A stretch of DNA of 64,000 nt, from sequence record MH460460.1, one strand, 5' to 3'. The notes under the pieces were generated by a model. The model had not been told where the DNA came from. It saw only the letters and a list, made by a program, of their open reading frames with translations, and ran no database searches. The position numbers and the translations under genes are program-made. Below, in pieces: positions 1-10,400 of this stretch (its first letter is position 1; every line of letters begins with the position of its first letter).

Positions 1-1826
1 CACGGCTCGTATTCCAAGTTGCCCCACAAGTCACCGTGTTTTGTTTCGTTTGTTTTCTGGAAATAACCACCAGTTGACGCAACAGCAGGTGTTAATGCAC
101 TTCCTCTTCCTGAACCTGTCCAACGGTTTCCATCAACAGTTGCGATTCTGAAATTCAGATTCACTGTATGGTCAACGTTACCCCAATAACGCAGAACGCC
201 TTTGCTCATCGTCCAGATAGCATTATTTGGATTGTTTGGATCATCAACAGACAAACAGTTGTACGGAACAGAAAAATCTTGCACATTTAATTTTGGAGGT
301 TGAATTGGACACCAGACGAAATAACTCCAATCACATCCAATACCACTCGTTACGCGTACCGTGATATTGCTACGGAGAACGTGTTCCGGATACTTCCAGA
401 ATTCGAGTGTTCCCGATTGTCCAGCCAGAAGATTTTCAGTATCGAGCAGATTCATTTCCTGATCGAAAACTTCAAACTTCGTATCGAAACTTCCGGCACG
501 CACATCAACTAAGCCTGCGCGAATATCCGTTTGTGTTCCCAATGCGAAGTTATCTTCTGTAGTCGGATGGCCTGCGCTCACTACCCAATCATACTGACAA
601 GGGAAACGATATTCGCGTGCGCCTCGTTCGTTCGGACAATACAGAGAATAGTAGAAGCTATTAATAGAATTATTTTTCCCGAAATCTTTCGCCACAACTC
701 TGACCATAAGATCGAAGTTTTGTGTGCCAGTCGGATCATAATAAAAATAAAGATAGCCACGACCAGTTTGTGCTTCTTGCGTTGACGCAATTCGTCGGCC
801 TGCATGATAAACTTCGATGTAATCTAAGTTATCCCATGACGTATAGTTGAGATAAGTCCAACCAACGTTATTGCCGATGTAGTGATAATATTCAAAAGCA
901 TTACTATCGACGATACGATCAACAATAGGCCAAACAGTTGCGTGACACGGCGCAGGAAAAATAGGAGTGCCGATATATTCAGGAACAATAACATCCGGAT
1001 AAGTTAAAACATCATATGCCGCTTGACTATCCAGCGCTAAGTTTGCGCGGTCAGTAGTTGCATTGAGTTTTGGCGGTATAACCTGCAAACTCCAGTTCGC
1101 ACCTTGAGAAGTACGAACACGAATCATGATACGCATATCTTCCGCATCAGGATCGTTAAGGAATTTAATTCGACCGCGACCGCCAACTTTTCCACACGTA
1201 GACGCAACGCGAATTCCTTCGGCGTAAACATCCACACTTAAACCATCTGCATGATAACTTGCGAAAGTTATTTCAACATAACCTTCTTGTCGTGGAATTG
1301 CGAAAATTGTTTCAGTGATTTGTGCGCCGCGAGAATGCACGGAAGCCCACGGCACGTTAGGGTTCGTCCACGTTCCTAAACCTGCTTGCGAGGCAAGACC
1401 AGTTGGATCGTAACTTTCAATTGTTCTTATTCCCGGTCGAGTAATATAACGCGACGTAGGAGGAACGTTGCCAATCCCCACACCGAAACCAGTTCGCGCA
1501 GCATCCGGTAAATCATATCCAGCAGGATAACCTTTTAACGGATCATATTTAGGGCCACGCGAACCGTCGCCAGTACCGGAACCTTTTGTGGTGGATGTTG
1601 GAGCACCACCACAATTCCCGATTTCCTGATTGATACAAGGATCATCAAAGTTAGGATCAAACTCTGCATCAATATCGTACCAGCGTTTTCCATGCAGACC
1701 GCGAACAGAAAAAGTATCGACTGTTAATGGTTGCCACGTATTTTCTTTTGTTCTAATGAACATCGGAGTATCCGCGCAATCATACCAGCCGTTGTTTTCT
1801 AAATTTCTTACGCGAAAACGAGGCAT
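1..1826 (-). CDS. Virion/fibre-associated structural protein, 3'-truncated by the window edge (>608 aa); absent from the supplied ORF track
   Basis: Manual translation from ATG at 1826 (AAGGA RBS upstream): MPRFRVRNLENNGWYDCADTPMF... stays open to base 1. It is rich in beta-type residues and Cys, and follows the collagen-like genes. Confidence 0.8.
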   Translation of the reverse strand, partial: MPRFRVRNLENNGWYDCADTPMFIRTKENTWQPLTVDTFSVRGLHGKRWYDIDAEFDPNFDDPCINQEIGNCGGAPTSTTKGSGTGDGSRGPKYDPLKGYPAGYDLPDAARTGFGVGIGNVPPTSRYITRPGIRTIESYDPTGLASQAGLGTWTNPNVPWASVHSRGAQITETIFAIPRQEGYVEITFASYHADGLSVDVYAEGIRVASTCGKVGGRGRIKFLNDPDAEDMRIMIRVRTSQGANWSLQVIPPKLNATTDRANLALDSQAAYDVLTYPDVIVPEYIGTPIFPAPCHATVWPIVDRIVDSNAFEYYHYIGNNVGWTYLNYTSWDNLDYIEVYHAGRRIASTQEAQTGRGYLYFYYDPTGTQNFDLMVRVVAKDFGKNNSINSFYYSLYCPNERGAREYRFPCQYDWVVSAGHPTTEDNFALGTQTDIRAGLVDVRAGSFDTKFEVFDQEMNLLDTENLLAGQSGTLEFWKYPEHVLRSNITVRVTSGIGCDWSYFVWCPIQPPKLNVQDFSVPYNCLSVDDPNNPNNAIWTMSKGVLRYWGNVDHTVNLNFRIATVDGNRWTGSGRGSALTPAVASTGGYFQKTNETKHGDLWGNLEYEP

Positions 1827-1838
1827 AGAAAAATTCCT

Positions 1839-2333
1839 TTATGAAGATGTTCTTACCCAAATAGAACCGGGTTCGATCTCGCGCTCAAGTGATGGATCGA
1901 CTGCTTGAATAAATACAGCAACAACACCATCTTTTCCACTTGGGCCAGTTGCACCAGTTGCACCAGTCGGGCCAATATTTCCGCGAGATCCGCGAACACC
2001 TTGTCTTCCCGGTAAACCATCGTTACCGCGTGGCCCCGGACAACCATCACTACCACGACCACCATCAGATCCAGATAAACCGTCGATACCATCACGACCA
2101 TCTTCACCGCCAGGGCCAATTGGCCCCAATCCGATATCGTTTGGAGTTGTGAATCCGGGAATCGAAACTTTTCCGATGTTCGGAATATTTAAAACAAGTG
2201 TTCCGCTCAAACGATCAAAGTTTCCGCTTAACGTGTCGTCAGAAACTTCGCGAACATTTAATCCACCATCGCCGGAATAAACTTCACCGTCTGCGTTAGT
2301 TTTAATTAAACTTAGATCAACTTTTTCAACCAT
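1839..2333 (-). CDS. Collagen-like (Gly-X-Y) fibre protein 1
   Basis: About 22 contiguous GXY triplets; GGAG RBS; N-terminal domain shared with the two upstream collagen genes. Confidence 0.85.
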   Translation of the reverse strand: MVEKVDLSLIKTNADGEVYSGDGGLNVREVSDDTLSGNFDRLSGTLVLNIPNIGKVSIPGFTTPNDIGLGPIGPGGEDGRDGIDGLSGSDGGRGSDGCPGPRGNDGLPGRQGVRGSRGNIGPTGATGATGPSGKDGVVAVFIQAVDPSLEREIEPGSIWVRTSS

Positions 2334-2346
2334 GATTTATTTTCTC

Positions 2347-2979
2347 CTACGGCCACGTTGCAGCTTGATCAATAGAAGGATTCACCCACAACACACCAGC
2401 CGCCATATTTCCCGGTTGAGTAGAACTCACAACGATTTGCAATTTTCCACTTGGGCCTTCTGGTCCAGTTGGTCCAGTTGGTCCAGTTTTTCCAGTTGCA
2501 CCAGTTGGACCGGGGCGACCCATCGGGCCAGTCGGTCCGACATTTCCAGTTGGACCAGTTGCACCAGTTGGACCGATTTCTCCCGGAATTCCCGGATTAC
2601 CGTCGCGACCATCTTTTCCCGGTGGGCCTTCATCGCCGTCTGGCCCTACTGGCCCGGTACAACCGATTCCACCTTGAGCGCCGTCTCTTCCGTCTCTTCC
2701 GTCTTTTCCGTCTGCGCCAGTTTCACCACGCGCACCTTGTCTTCCCGGAGGAATACTTGATGCAGTTGGAAAACCTTTTATTTGAATTGATTTTCCGTTT
2801 TCAAAACGCAAAGTTAAAATTCCGGAAGTTTCATCGTAACTGGATTCGTCAGTGATTTCAGAAGGTACACCAGATTCATCAGCCGATGCAGTAAGCACGC
2901 CAGCATTGGCGCGGATAGGCGTATTGTCGGAAGCCCCCGTTGCTGTGATCATGCCTACATCAACTTTTACTAAAGGCAT
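2347..2979 (-). CDS. Collagen-like fibre protein 2
   Basis: About 33 GXY triplets, many GPT/GAT. Start moved to MPLVKV at 2979 because of a GGAG RBS. Confidence 0.85.
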   Translation of the reverse strand: MPLVKVDVGMITATGASDNTPIRANAGVLTASADESGVPSEITDESSYDETSGILTLRFENGKSIQIKGFPTASSIPPGRQGARGETGADGKDGRDGRDGAQGGIGCTGPVGPDGDEGPPGKDGRDGNPGIPGEIGPTGATGPTGNVGPTGPMGRPGPTGATGKTGPTGPTGPEGPSGKLQIVVSSTQPGNMAAGVLWVNPSIDQAATWP

Positions 2980-2989
2980 AAAAATACTC

Positions 2990-3964
2990 CTACTTAGGAT
3001 TTCGCGCAGTGATTCGAATCGTTGAACGAACAGTTGCAGTCGGACGTGAACTTTGCCCCATATCCATAACAACGCAAGTTAACGTTGCAGTAAGAGATAA
3101 AGTTTTTCCTTGATCAACTTTTCCGTTAAAAATAATCTGAACAATCCTATCAGTGTTGCCTTTGATGTTTAAATCTTTTGCGTCACTGATTGTCCATTTA
3201 TACGAATAGTTTCCGGTGCCACCACGCACGTTTACAGGCAGATAAGCCTGCGCGAAGAACAAGTCATTGCCAGCAACCACGCGGGTTGCAACGAGATCCA
3301 CATTAGATACAGAAGCACCAATAGAAGGAACGGAAGGAAGTGCAGGAATTGGATTTGTTGTTGCAATTGGAAAACACCATGCGAAAACAGTTTTATTTGT
3401 TGGCGGTGCATTTCCACCACTAACAACAACAGTTGTAGTTGGTGCAGGGCCAGTTGGGCCAGTTGCGCCACTAATACAACTTGGTCCATCTTCTCCCGCT
3501 GGACCATCAGGGCCAGTTGGGCCAGTTGCGCCAGTTGGTCCTTGCGGCCCATCATTTCCGCGAGGGCCGGGATAACCATCATCGCCATCTGGTCCATCTA
3601 ATCCATCATTTCCTGCTTGTCCTGTTTTTCCTTTTAAACCGCGCTCGCCAGTATTTCCACGCGGGCCAGTATTTCCATCACGTCCGTTTCTTCCGTTTCT
3701 TCCCGGTTTTCCCGGAGCACCTTTTCCGCCCGGTAAACCTTCGCCAAATAAACTAACAGTAGGAAGACCTGAAATAGTTATGATCTTCCCACTGCGTTTT
3801 ATGATCACCAAATTTCCTTTGGTATTATCATATTTAATATCGGCGATCTGAGTGTTTGCGAGTGCATCTGTATCTACGAATTCCAGTTCACTACCGCCAA
3901 CAATTTCTTTGCCATCTTGCTCGCCGGAAGTTTTGATCTGTTCTAATCGTAGAGTGTTACTCAT
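2990..3964 (-). CDS. Collagen-like fibre protein 3 with C-terminal Ig-like domain
   Basis: About 29+3 GXY triplets with one CIS interruption, followed by a beta-rich C-terminal domain. Confidence 0.85.
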   Translation of the reverse strand: MSNTLRLEQIKTSGEQDGKEIVGGSELEFVDTDALANTQIADIKYDNTKGNLVIIKRSGKIITISGLPTVSLFGEGLPGGKGAPGKPGRNGRNGRDGNTGPRGNTGERGLKGKTGQAGNDGLDGPDGDDGYPGPRGNDGPQGPTGATGPTGPDGPAGEDGPSCISGATGPTGPAPTTTVVVSGGNAPPTNKTVFAWCFPIATTNPIPALPSVPSIGASVSNVDLVATRVVAGNDLFFAQAYLPVNVRGGTGNYSYKWTISDAKDLNIKGNTDRIVQIIFNGKVDQGKTLSLTATLTCVVMDMGQSSRPTATVRSTIRITARNPK

Positions 3965-6282
3965 CGCGGTTCCACCTTAATACAAAGATTAGCAATAAGT
4001 TTTGATGCGTAGTTTCCGATCATCGCATTGCTGATACGCATTTTCGCAACGATCTCAACATAACCTGCCGGATGATTATCGCGAATCAAATCGTACATTT
4101 GCGTAATGCTTGCGTTCCCATAAGCAATAGATTCCGTGCTGTTTGGGTTCACAACTGCAAGGCCAGCAGCACCAGTACCTTTCACGCCACGCCCGTATTC
4201 AGGAGCATCAGATCCCGGAGAAGCAGAAGCAAGAACAAACTCGATATGCTCGTTACCAATTGCAACAGCAAAACCTGGCCCTAACTGCGCCTGAAAATCA
4301 GCAGTAGCAGTAATCACAACGCCTTTATTGAATTCGATGCGCTGACGAATAATGATCTCTTCGCTATCCTCAACACGGTTTTGAATGTTGAAAATTGCTT
4401 TCGGATCTTCTGCCTCTGCCATTGCCGCAATGGAATGAATTTTAACGAAAGGCCAAACGCCTTCAATTTTAATTCCTTTCCCGGCGATGATATCAGGAGT
4501 AAACAGCGGAACACTTAACGGAGTCATGCCCTGACGTTTGAACATGTATCCGGTAGGAGTTGCAATCACATCAACGATAACGCCTTCGATGTTTGTGTCT
4601 TTGCTGCCAACACTTTTAACGTTTTCGAAAATCGTGAATTCAACAGTTGTGTTTGCTTTTACCTGAGTTGAAAAACGAATCGTGCTTCCAACCAGAGTAA
4701 AATCAGAAGTGTGCGCAGGCAAACCACCCATGTTCGCAATTACGTGCGCTTTGTTCAGCGGAGTAATTGGAAGCTCAAACGTATCCGTCGCGTAAGGAAG
4801 TTTGAAAGTTGCAACGCGAATACGAGTAGACCATCCGGCACGTTCTTCGTAGCGTGCAGCATACAACGAAACTTTATGGCCGCTAGGAATACTGTCTACA
4901 AATTTCAAACGGTTTCCGTTATTCAATTTATAAACGGTAGTCGGTTGCCACGTATTTCCAACAACAGCGAACACATGATCCGCATCATCGACAGGAGCGT
5001 TGCCAAGTTTAAAATCACTCGTCTGCCCGTCGCCAGTAAAGTCATACGCTTCGAAAAGAACAACGTGACCTTGCGACGGTTCCAAACGGAATTGGCGTAA
5101 ATCCAGAGTCATTGCGTTAGGCAAGTTTTCTGAAAGTGCCATTTCTTTTTTGCGAACTTCGTATGCGGTGCGCGGCTGCAATACGCCACTGGTGCCAAGC
5201 AATAAATCCGTTGCGCTGTCCAATTCTTCGGAAAGAGCATAAGTGATTGCGTCAGTGGAACCAGTCGTTACGAGAGAACTAAACAGAAGTTTTCCCGGAG
5301 GCGTAAAAAGCGTTGCAGTAGTTTGTCTGTTACCGCCTGCGATTGGCCCCCAATAAAGTTTATTTCCTTCACCGCGAAATAAAGCCCATGCAGCGGGAAC
5401 ATCGTTATCTTCCGGCCACGGAATACCAGCAGTCGGAACAATCGGATTCACAATGCGCTTCCACACTGCGATTGTTGTTGCGCTACTGATAAACGGAATC
5501 GCTTTATCCTGATTGATCAGTTGTCCGTTGCGATATTTGAAATGACGACACGCGCCAGCACCGGGGCCACTGATAGTCTGAACTAACACAATTTCATCTT
5601 GCGCCAGTTTCAAACTTGTATTGAAAGTATTTGCGTTAATAAAATCAGCGCCGATTACTTTTGACAGCACGCGATCATGCTCGCCGAATCCCCAATTATA
5701 ACCACCGGGGCCATAACGGAATGCAGTACCGGGAGAACGAGAACCGTCACTATTCACATGCAAATCGAGAACAGAAACCGCGTTAAAATGATTGTCATTA
5801 GAGGCTGGCAAATTCTCAAGCGTTGCAACAGACGGAATAGTTGCATAGTCATACATCGTCACATCAAGAATTCGTTGAATGTCTTGCTTTAAGTGAACGA
5901 GTAAACTGATTCGCGCTGCGCTGTTTGGAACCACCATGATCGGATTAGAAAGCACAACATGCCCGAAGGCACGATTGTCTTCGAGCATGATGAGAATTTC
6001 ACCGATTGATTTAATCTCTTCGTTGTTTTTGTAATCCAGCGAAACATCGAAAACAAAACGCGCGGAGTTTTCACTTTCCACCTGAACAAAAGAAAGTTGT
6101 CCGGAAGCAAGCTCGTTTCCTAAAAGCTGCGAAGGTACTGCGCTAGGCTGAGAACCAGTAAAATCGCCGACTTTAAAAGCGACAGGTTTTACTACAATTC
6201 CACCTGCGTTGGCGGTAGAGACTGCTTGTTCCCCGACAGACGTTAGCCGAAGCGCATCAACATAAATTGCTTGTGATGCCAT
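3961..6282 (-). CDS. Baseplate-attached tail fibre/collar protein
   Basis: N-terminus (LTSVGEQAV...AFKVGD...EIGEILI) resembles tail-collar/fibre attachment domains; repeated GDGQTSDF-type modules; located next to the baseplate wedge genes. Confidence 0.6.
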   Translation of the reverse strand: MASQAIYVDALRLTSVGEQAVSTANAGGIVVKPVAFKVGDFTGSQPSAVPSQLLGNELASGQLSFVQVESENSARFVFDVSLDYKNNEEIKSIGEILIMLEDNRAFGHVVLSNPIMVVPNSAARISLLVHLKQDIQRILDVTMYDYATIPSVATLENLPASNDNHFNAVSVLDLHVNSDGSRSPGTAFRYGPGGYNWGFGEHDRVLSKVIGADFINANTFNTSLKLAQDEIVLVQTISGPGAGACRHFKYRNGQLINQDKAIPFISSATTIAVWKRIVNPIVPTAGIPWPEDNDVPAAWALFRGEGNKLYWGPIAGGNRQTTATLFTPPGKLLFSSLVTTGSTDAITYALSEELDSATDLLLGTSGVLQPRTAYEVRKKEMALSENLPNAMTLDLRQFRLEPSQGHVVLFEAYDFTGDGQTSDFKLGNAPVDDADHVFAVVGNTWQPTTVYKLNNGNRLKFVDSIPSGHKVSLYAARYEERAGWSTRIRVATFKLPYATDTFELPITPLNKAHVIANMGGLPAHTSDFTLVGSTIRFSTQVKANTTVEFTIFENVKSVGSKDTNIEGVIVDVIATPTGYMFKRQGMTPLSVPLFTPDIIAGKGIKIEGVWPFVKIHSIAAMAEAEDPKAIFNIQNRVEDSEEIIIRQRIEFNKGVVITATADFQAQLGPGFAVAIGNEHIEFVLASASPGSDAPEYGRGVKGTGAAGLAVVNPNSTESIAYGNASITQMYDLIRDNHPAGYVEIVAKMRISNAMIGNYASKLIANLCIKVEPR

Positions 6283-6311
6283 TCTTATTACTCCTTTGGT
6301 TTAGTCCTTTA

Positions 6312-6318
6312 AAATTAG
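6312..6318 (-). promoter_or_regulatory. Candidate late promoter CTAATTT
   Basis: cACTAATTTTAA lies 30 nt upstream of the 6282 start, just after a terminator; the same motif recurs at other operon starts. Confidence 0.55.
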
Positions 6319-6332
6319 TGTAATGCGAAATA

Positions 6333-6363
6333 GAAAAGAAAAAGGCCGCCAAAAGGCAGCCTT
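6333..6363 (-). terminator. Rho-independent terminator
   Basis: AAGGCTGCC-TTTT-GGCGGCCTT followed by a U-rich tail, just after the stop at 6370. Confidence 0.85.
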
Positions 6364-6369
6364 AAAGTT

Positions 6370-7440
6370 TTAAAACGCAAAGATTTGTTGATTGCTTAAC
6401 GGCGGTGTGATGCCAGCTTGTGCGACAATCTGCGCACTTGTTCCCGGAGTTACAGTCTTAGCAACAATGTCAGTTGAATTGAGTTTTAAAAATACTTTCT
6501 CCATTCCCCAACGAACTAATAATGCGCCCCACGAAATACGCGGAGTTTCCGGAGTACCTGCGATTGGATAATACATTCCACGCATTGCGCTTTCAGTAAA
6601 AGTTGTATCGTCACGCTTACCGCCAACAGTCAGATTATTAAATCCATACATGTTGTAGTAACTCGGAGTCTGAGCGCCAGAACCTGCCGCATTGATCCAT
6701 TGCTGGAAACGAAATTCAGTAGGTTCAATCACCATCAACTGACCTAAAGCATTTGCGTTTACTGTTTGCTGCGCGAAAGAAGGATCAGTTACGTTCGCCC
6801 AATTGTCTGCTATTGCAGTTCGCGATCCGCCGCTTCCCGTAGTGATTGGACGAATAGTTGTTGTGCTGCAAATGGCAGAGTTTTTGATCCACCAGTTTAC
6901 ATAACCACCGCCAGTTTCAAGATACGTGTTTGCTTTTGAAAAAGGTGCAGTAAGTTTTGCAGATACTGCCGTCGCAATTGCCATAGGCTTCATTGCAAAA
7001 AGCATTCGCGTATCAGGAGCAGAAAATCCATTAGCGCCAAATCCGCACGGTTTTTTCGGATTCACACAAAGCGGAGTTGCTTGATAGTTTTGCGCATCAA
7101 GATCCAGAGTAAGAAAGTTCCACATATCGCCGTTAAAAATTGTAGGCGGTTGCGGAGAGGATGCAGTGCTGTACGATGAGCCTAAAGTACCTTCCAACAA
7201 TGCGCCTAAGTTCGCGGGATAATATTGTGTTGAGTTCGCCTGACCTTGAACCTGACCAGTGCGCCACGCATTACCTTCAAACGTGTACGAACCTGCGCGT
7301 GCTTTCGTGACAAGTTGATTCCAAGTATCAAAAGCTAAATCTGATTCTGGAGTCTGATCGTCAAAGAAAAATATCCGGTCAAGAGCGGCATTGAAATTCC
7401 TTTTCATCATAGGAACAGCATTAGGTGCCACAAATTTCAT
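6370..7440 (-). CDS. Hypothetical protein, probably virion structural (356 aa)
   Basis: Long ORF with strong AGGAG RBS, bracketed by hairpins inside the baseplate/fibre cluster; no family recognised. Confidence 0.6.
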   Translation of the reverse strand: MKFVAPNAVPMMKRNFNAALDRIFFFDDQTPESDLAFDTWNQLVTKARAGSYTFEGNAWRTGQVQGQANSTQYYPANLGALLEGTLGSSYSTASSPQPPTIFNGDMWNFLTLDLDAQNYQATPLCVNPKKPCGFGANGFSAPDTRMLFAMKPMAIATAVSAKLTAPFSKANTYLETGGGYVNWWIKNSAICSTTTIRPITTGSGGSRTAIADNWANVTDPSFAQQTVNANALGQLMVIEPTEFRFQQWINAAGSGAQTPSYYNMYGFNNLTVGGKRDDTTFTESAMRGMYYPIAGTPETPRISWGALLVRWGMEKVFLKLNSTDIVAKTVTPGTSAQIVAQAGITPPLSNQQIFAF

Positions 7441-7455
7441 AATGAGTCTCCTAAT

Positions 7456-7478
7456 AAGGCCACCAAAGAGGCGGCCTT
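7456..7478 (-). promoter_or_regulatory. Intergenic stem-loop without U-tract (mRNA stabiliser or processing site)
   Basis: AAGGCCGCC-TCTTT-GGTGGCCTT between the 7484 stop and the 7440 RBS. Confidence 0.5.
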
Positions 7479-7483
7479 TAGGT

Positions 7484-10400
7484 TTAAGAATATCTGACCG
7501 TCAGAACAGCCGTGCCAAAAGCACGTTCATTACTTCGATACAAATACAAAGTTTCAGTTACGTTGTCGTAGACTTTTTGCAAAGTAAGAGGGCCAGTTTT
7601 TCCATCGTCGCCAGTAACAGGCCAACGCGCACCGTCCATCGCTTTCCACCCGGCATTAATCTGCCCTTGCGAATCCGAAGCGCTACCGAAACTTGCACTC
7701 CCATAACGAGAAGGACACATAAAATATCCGTACTCGTTTGTGCGCGGCGAGAATACAAACGTGCCACCAACATTACTACGCAAACGCGATTGAAGATTTG
7801 CTTCCACTACAGCAAGAGTAGTTAAACCAAACGGCGCAGTTCCGTAATACGGATAACTGCTATGCGCATTAATATAATGCGTTTGAATTAATCGAACTTT
7901 ATTTTCAATGTAGGTGCATCGAATACCAAAACGCACATCACTGAGAAGAGGATCGATTGAAACATTGCCGCGCTGATCTACGCTAACACCTTGAACAGTG
8001 ACAGTATCGCCACGATCATTGGTTACTTGCCATAAAGCCTTAGCAGAAACATCTTCACGGTTAAAAGTGCCTGAACGTCCAAGCAATGCTTTCAACTGAA
8101 TTTTACTTTCATCGCGAACGTTAGTGAAACCAGTGAGTGTGAGATCTTGCGGATAGCCAACTTTCAAACAAGTAATATCTACATCACGTTCTATCACCGT
8201 GCGCTGTTCACGCAAAGTACAACGAACAGTCACTGTTTGAATATCGTCTGCCGCTGCAAACTGGAAGAAGCCTTGCTGATCAATCGTGAAGCCCGGAGAA
8301 GAATTAATAATCGACCACGTAAAACCGACCGTATCAGCATCAGGAGAAATACTGGTGCCAACTTGATCGTTGCGTCGTTTATATTCCATAGACAAACGAT
8401 ATTTGTTGTTCGGAATAACGTTCCCGCCAACATCTTTAATCTCTGCCTCAATAATTGACTGCGTGCTCATCATTGTGATTACACGACTTGCGCTTATCGT
8501 TTCATCCTGAATCGTTTCCGGATTTATTTTCACAAACTCACAATTTATTCTGATCTTACCGTCAGAAATTTGATTGCCTCCGATATACAAATGACCGGAC
8601 GGGCTATCAATTGAAACTGCCTCAACGTCAGTGTCGTCGCCGATTTGCCATGTACCTTCGCTACCGATAATCTGATCACCTGTATTGAGTTGAACACGAT
8701 AGCCGTAAGGAATAAACCAGCGACCTTTTTCATACTCATACGTTGAATTTCGTTCGGCAACTTCCCAAACAATATCTTGACCAGTGATGCCCATCGAAAG
8801 CAAATAAGTATTCGCACGCGTGATATAAACGAGCAAGTATCTTTCGATACTGTACCCATCACACTGATATCGCGCACGGATTTTTACAGCAGTGTCGGAG
8901 TTAATTGTTGGCGTTAAGTTTCCTTCGTCATCAATAACTGCAACAGGAGAACTACTCGGAATCAAAGTGCGTTGATTGTTCGTAATGTCCAGCGTGTAAT
9001 GATCCGTGATAAACCAATCACACGTCATTTCAGCATCATAAGTAGACTTAGGAATGTTTCCATAACTGCCGTCCATATTCTTAACGATGCCGGGAAGTTC
9101 GAACGTGCATACCAGCGCATACGATTCACCTTGAACATCAGCACGAATGTTTGTCGCACCGTCGATACGTGCGCTTATAATCGTGTTAATGCTTTCACGA
9201 TCCGGAATGCGGAGTTGAACCGTGAGAGAAGATTCGATGCGATAGAAACGCGCTTTAATATTGGCGTAGCTGTCAAAAGACAGTTTGTTGACCTGAACTA
9301 TCGCGCCATCGAAAGATGTTTCGCTAAGTTCTTTCAGCGAACCGATATTCAAAAGCATAGGCAACTTACTTGCTTCCATGCTCTTAAAATCTGCGAAAGA
9401 TTTCGGCGTGCGACCTTCCAGAATTTCAACAACAGCCATGCCCGTATAAGTGCTCGGATTGAATTTAATTAATTCGTAATCAACTTCATCCTGTTCAGGC
9501 CAACTTGCAGACCAGTTCGCAGCCTGAACATATTCTTGCGTGCCGTCCTCATACGTCGCAAACAAACGCGCAAACGTGCGGGAGTTTTCGAAAAGAATAT
9601 CGTAGCACTCGATTTCAACACTGCTAACCAAACTACGCACCGGAACCAAAACGATATCCCGGATGTTCGTTATTGTATGCGTGTCGTAAGTGTATTCCAT
9701 TTTGATGCGAGCGGTGCCGTGCAAATCACCTTTGAAATAAAGCTGTTTGATTTTACCGCCAGCGCTTGCAAATGGATCGTACATGTTTTGCGTGCTGTCA
9801 CCGATAGTCAGCGTAACCCAACGCGAATAATCCGGATTGTTAGGATCAAACTTCGTTGGGTCTTGTCCGTTTTTAATCGCTTCTTCCTGCAATGCAACAG
9901 TGCGAGAATACGCTTCTGTTTTTGCGCTAGGTGACGGGATAAACTCAACGGAAACTTTCGCTAACGCTGCAACGGTCTTTCCAGTGTTCCATGTACACGC
10001 AACCGGGAGATTCAAAGTGCTTCCGGAATTAAGTTTTCCAGAGGACAACAGATCCAGAATGCGAGGCACATAAATAGTGCTGTAAATTTCAAACAGCTTT
10101 TGAAAAGTTTTAACCGTGTTGCCTTCGATAATGCCTGCGTTAAGAGAGAAGGTTTCATGACCGTCAGAAATAATCGGTGCCTGAAATTTTCCGGTTTCCT
10201 TATTCAAGTCCGGAATATTGCGCACGCCTGCATTTAAATCCGCAGTTGTTGACCACTGCGCTTCAACTTCAAGTTCCGCAACGATGATTGAAGGATCTCG
10301 ATCATCAATTTGTTTTTGCGTAGCACTGTCCAAAACATAAAGCGCAATTGCTTTTGGCTGAACAATGTCACGCTCTTGCACCACACTAGGCAGAACGATT

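Noticed and set aside
300-805. Short ORFs 300-512, 531-785 and 581-805
   Set aside because: They lie within the long minus-strand gene 1-1826 in other frames.
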